DNA of 64,000 bases, taken from the NCBI GenBank assembly GCA_973895155.1, contig OZ316894.1, positions 11,089,792 to 11,153,791 of the forward strand, read 5' to 3'. This DNA is from Marsupella aquatica (taxonomy: Eukaryota > Plantae > Marchantiophyta). Under the pieces are notes generated by a model. That model did not search any database. It had not been told where the DNA came from and saw only the letters and a list, made by a program, of their open reading frames with translations. The translations under genes and the position numbers were made by a program. Below are positions 60,365 to 64,000 of the stretch, piece by piece; position 1 is the stretch's first letter, and the number at the start of each line of letters is the position of its first letter.

Positions 60365-62863
60365 GCACCAGCAGCAAAACCCCCAAAGAAAACTGTTTGT
60401 CAAACTGAAAGCTCAACTCTAAACTTCCAGGATTCTTTTTCACCTCCCAGGAACAACAGTGACCAAGGAATGATGAAGTCTTCCCCTCAAGGGAGAGGAG
60501 AAATTGGACCAGCTGGAATGGTTTGGGATTCTGAGCGCCGTCTCTCTGAGAATCCGCCAAGGAATCGGTCCCAGTCTTCTAACAATGCTCCTGAGATGTC
60601 AGAGGACAGTATGCAAGCAGGAGCAAGAGGTGCATACCAAGTTCAAATGGTCAATATGGGTCCAGCAGGTAATGAGCGTGCTGGATACGGACCAGTTGAG
60701 CCTGCCCAAGGCGCTCCAGGTGAGGCCCTCACTCCCTATCCTTCCAGGAGGGAACGTGGGGACGCTCCTTCCAATAGTATACCTCAAGGTGTGTTCAACC
60801 AAAGTGTTCCTATTGCTGGAGGCTTTGGAGTTCAACTGAGAACTTTTGATGGACATCCAGGTCTTGCCCCACAGGGGATGGTTCAGGTTGGACATGCAGT
60901 GAATATGGGCACAGGGTCCATACCGTTTGTACCTGAATCTGGTCCAGGGGTGTGGTTCCAGCAAGTGAACTCAGACACGCCGTATCAGCAATTTCAGCCG
61001 CAACAGCAATTAACATCACGACAGACTGGGGTGGTGTCTTCATCTCGACAAGGAGGACAGTGGCAAGCACCTACGAAGATGTCACAAGGTGGAGGATATG
61101 GCCAAGGAGGTGTGTTTGCAATACCCGCAGCCGCCGGACCACCTGTTGGATTTCCTTCGTACAGTGTGCAGAAGGTTGGCGAAGATATTCCTGGACCAAA
61201 TTGGACGCCAGGCAATGTTGGCCCACCGTTTACCCCGTTCTCAATTGTTGTGCGTCCAAAGCCACCCTTCAAGAGGCCGCCTAAGCTAGTTCTGACACAG
61301 GATGGAACAACCATGGAATTGAAGGGCTTCTCTCCAAGCAGGGAGGTTGGAGCCAAGGTTGTCACAGAAAAATCATTCAGTGGGTCTAGCGACGAAGAGT
61401 TGAATGAGAAGAAAGATGGGAGATCGGTTGAGATTGCTTTGTTGAACCAACGACGAGGACAAGAAGAAAGGGATGTTTCCATGCAGTCTAGGGGGAAACG
61501 AGAGAGAGATAAGAGGGCCAGTAGTACTGGTTCTATGAAAGAAAAAGACATTGCAGGAAGTGGAGGAGCTCCTGATTGGATGGCCAAAGTACTTTCAACT
61601 GCTGCACATAGGAGTTCTCAGACCGTGAGAACTGGAATTCAGAATGTCTCTCCTACTGTTGTTCCCATGGCACAACAAGAGGGGATGGATGACGCTGACG
61701 GTGGGAGTAGCGATGCGGGATCAGGTGGATCAGGTGTGGGCGATGTCATCAATCCAGGTGAAGGGGCATCGCCACCTGCTCCTATGGGAACCTTTGTTAA
61801 AGGTGTATCTAAAAGAAACTTGCCCGCTGGAGAAGGAGAGGAGGGTATTAATATGGGTGAGCTTGGCCTTCAGGCCGATTCAGAGTCACAGTCTGGGAGA
61901 TTCGGTAGAAAGGATAAGCCGAATAAGAATCAGGAGGAATCTCAGGAGCAGCTATCTGCTTCTTTGAGTTTGAGGAGTAGTTTGTCAACGATAGCAAGGA
62001 AGATCTCGCGAGGGAGTTCAGATGGTCCAGGGCACGTGGTGGATAATACACAGAAATCTGTTGGTCGTATCGACAGCTTATCTGAAGAAGTTGAGAGGAG
62101 AGCACCTGCGTTTCATCATGTGTTGGAGCAGTCAGGTTCTTCCTCCGGAGGCATCATGAATTTATTAGTCAAGGAAAGCCAGTCTCATGGATTGTGTAAG
62201 CAACAAAATAGGGATGAGTTGAGGAATGCTCAGCGGGAGCTTCCACAGCCCTCCTGTTCAACTTCGCAGTCCAGAGTGGTCCACGCCTCGAAACTGGAAG
62301 ACTGTGAGAATCAAGGTAACGACAGTTCAAAAGGGACAGAGAGCTCTGAGTCAGGCCTGGGAACCAAAGTATCCAGGGCACAACATCGAGGACGAGTACC
62401 CATGGATATTGATGATACAGAGAGAGGGACGAATCACGTGGGTCAGAAAAACACCTGCTTTGCCAACTTTGGTGATGTGTCTAAACAGGAGAGAGAAAGT
62501 AAAACAGGCCACAGCAAGCAACTGTCAGGGGCGAACACATCAGAGAAAGATGGTGTGCAACATAAACCCTATAGTCCTATGTTGCGTCAGGTTTCCAGTC
62601 CATCATCGACAGTGGACATGGAAAGGCACGCTGAAGGCAGCTCAAAGAAAGTGTCACAAGCTTCAGAAACTGATCAGGGAAACGGGAGGAGCCCCCAGAG
62701 AACAACTGAGTGGTTTGTTTCAACATCTATGGAACAACGCCACTTATGTTTTCCAGGGGGCATTGATTCTTCTGGTGAAGAAGTAGATGGGACACTGACA
62801 AGTTGCAATGATTCATCAATCACATGGTCGGAGCTGGAAGAAGAGGTTCAAAGGACTTGGTAG
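60365..62863 (+). CDS. DUF863-like protein, large last coding exon (low-complexity, S/G/Q-rich)
   Basis: Phase-0 TTTCAG acceptor followed by about 830 open codons to a TAG stop. Confidence 0.8.
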   Translation, partial: APAAKPPKKTVCQTESSTLNFQDSFSPPRNNSDQGMMKSSPQGRGEIGPAGMVWDSERRLSENPPRNRSQSSNNAPEMSEDSMQAGARGAYQVQMVNMGPAGNERAGYGPVEPAQGAPGEALTPYPSRRERGDAPSNSIPQGVFNQSVPIAGGFGVQLRTFDGHPGLAPQGMVQVGHAVNMGTGSIPFVPESGPGVWFQQVNSDTPYQQFQPQQQLTSRQTGVVSSSRQGGQWQAPTKMSQGGGYGQGGVFAIPAAAGPPVGFPSYSVQKVGEDIPGPNWTPGNVGPPFTPFSIVVRPKPPFKRPPKLVLTQDGTTMELKGFSPSREVGAKVVTEKSFSGSSDEELNEKKDGRSVEIALLNQRRGQEERDVSMQSRGKRERDKRASSTGSMKEKDIAGSGGAPDWMAKVLSTAAHRSSQTVRTGIQNVSPTVVPMAQQEGMDDADGGSSDAGSGGSGVGDVINPGEGASPPAPMGTFVKGVSKRNLPAGEGEEGINMGELGLQADSESQSGRFGRKDKPNKNQEESQEQLSASLSLRSSLSTIARKISRGSSDGPGHVVDNTQKSVGRIDSLSEEVERRAPAFHHVLEQSGSSSGGIMNLLVKESQSHGLCKQQNRDELRNAQRELPQPSCSTSQSRVVHASKLEDCENQGNDSSKGTESSESGLGTKVSRAQHRGRVPMDIDDTERGTNHVGQKNTCFANFGDVSKQERESKTGHSKQLSGANTSEKDGVQHKPYSPMLRQVSSPSSTVDMERHAEGSSKKVSQASETDQGNGRSPQRTTEWFVSTSMEQRHLCFPGGIDSSGEEVDGTLTSCNDSSITWSELEEEVQRTW

Positions 62864-64000
62864 GGATCGAGCTCACTATGGACTCACACCACCATGATGA
62901 ATACATTTGCCCATTTTGATGCATTCGTTGCTAGGGTTGATAGAGAAGTATTCTTGGCATCTTTTGATCAGGCCTGTTGTTTTCAAGCCAATGGTGGACT
63001 CGGATGGATGTGTTGTAACTTCGAATTTCCCATTTTTGCTCCATATGCAAAAATAAGTCTGTTACTGTCTGGGGGTTACTGAGTGAGTTCCTTGTTGGGT
63101 CTAGCCACTCTGAGTCCCGTCCTTCGGGTATTAGACCTCTAATGAGTTTTTTCACAAAGTATTCAGAGTTACGGAGAAGCTTGACCCAACGCCAAGTTTT
63201 TGAGGAGTGAAGCCTTCTTGCTTCTTGTTTAATGCGGATGGGGAGAAATGAGGTTTTTGTAGATTAAAGTCGGCTGGATGGAGGTTGAGTACTTCCTATG
63301 AGCAGAGTTAGACAGCAGCCGATTTTTCTCTCTTCCCGGAGGCAAGCCATGAGATGACTTGGCTCGTAGTTTCCTAGGCGCAAGTGTCTACCAACTCGGA
63401 TTTGCCCACACAGGCCTCGAGTGCTTCTGACATTCTACTACAGAAAATGAATAGCATTGTTATTCATAAGCAAAGTTCTATTCTTCGATTTTTACGTGCT
63501 TCAATTTGATTTTTGTTTTAGGCGATAAAATAAACTGCTGCCATATTAGTGTCCCTCGTTTCGCACTTGCTGTTCTTGTCAGTTGACATTCAGTGTTGGC
63601 ACGAGGCCTTGGTGTATAATTTTGTAGGATTGCTTTACGAATATCTTAAATTTCTAGTTTCTTGACGGCACTTGAGTTCCGACATTGAATTTAAGTTACC
63701 CTTGGTTGTTAGGTTCGAACCTTGTAATCTTTCTTCGATGCACGCAAATCTTTCTTTATGTTGACGAGGACGTCGTCGTTGCCAATTGAGCATTCGACTT
63801 TTTTATTCTCTTCTGCCTCATATTACATTGTGGATTAGAGTCTTGATAAGTATGGACAGTGGGTAGGTTAAAATAAGGGAGTGTCTCAATATATTGTCCA
63901 AATCCACTATATTGGATGCTAAGATGTAGGGTAGTTCACCAAAAATCTTTCGAGCTCTTGAATAATTTGGGGTGAGATATCATGTCTAGACCTCACTTTG

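Noticed and set aside
60504-62786. Multiple overlapping alternative-frame and antisense ORFs
   Set aside because: These are shadows of the long real coding exon.

Overview
Eukaryotic nuclear DNA, almost certainly from a land plant and plausibly a non-seed plant such as a bryophyte (inferred from the TE families and gene style). About 50 kb of nested, mostly decayed transposons precede one spliced host gene encoding a DUF863-like protein (~53-63 kb). From left to right: (i) one end of a CACTA-type DNA transposon (TIR ending at 6471) whose interior carries an open exon for an EDM2-like tandem PHD region and which interrupts (ii) an L1-type LINE; (iii) copia LTR and leader remnants plus minisatellites; (iv) a complete Ty1/copia element (24272-39471, TSD CAATG) whose 5' LTR is split by (v) an unusual Ty3/gypsy-type element (29868-39235, TSD GCTA); (vi) a second complete copia element (41570-49177, TSD AATTT). 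The gypsy-type element is the standout. Its reconstructed single polyprotein reads Gag-protease-DNMT3-like C5 cytosine methyltransferase-RT-RNase H-DDE integrase-PHD finger. Its ends are not two LTRs but split direct repeats (A1...B1-A2-B2), a layout typical of tyrosine-recombinase retroelements, with a near-palindromic end-to-end junction and no tRNA PBS. Its 5' leader holds an array of ten CGGAAC-NNN-GTTCCG palindromes. All calls come from reading motifs by eye; no database searches were run.
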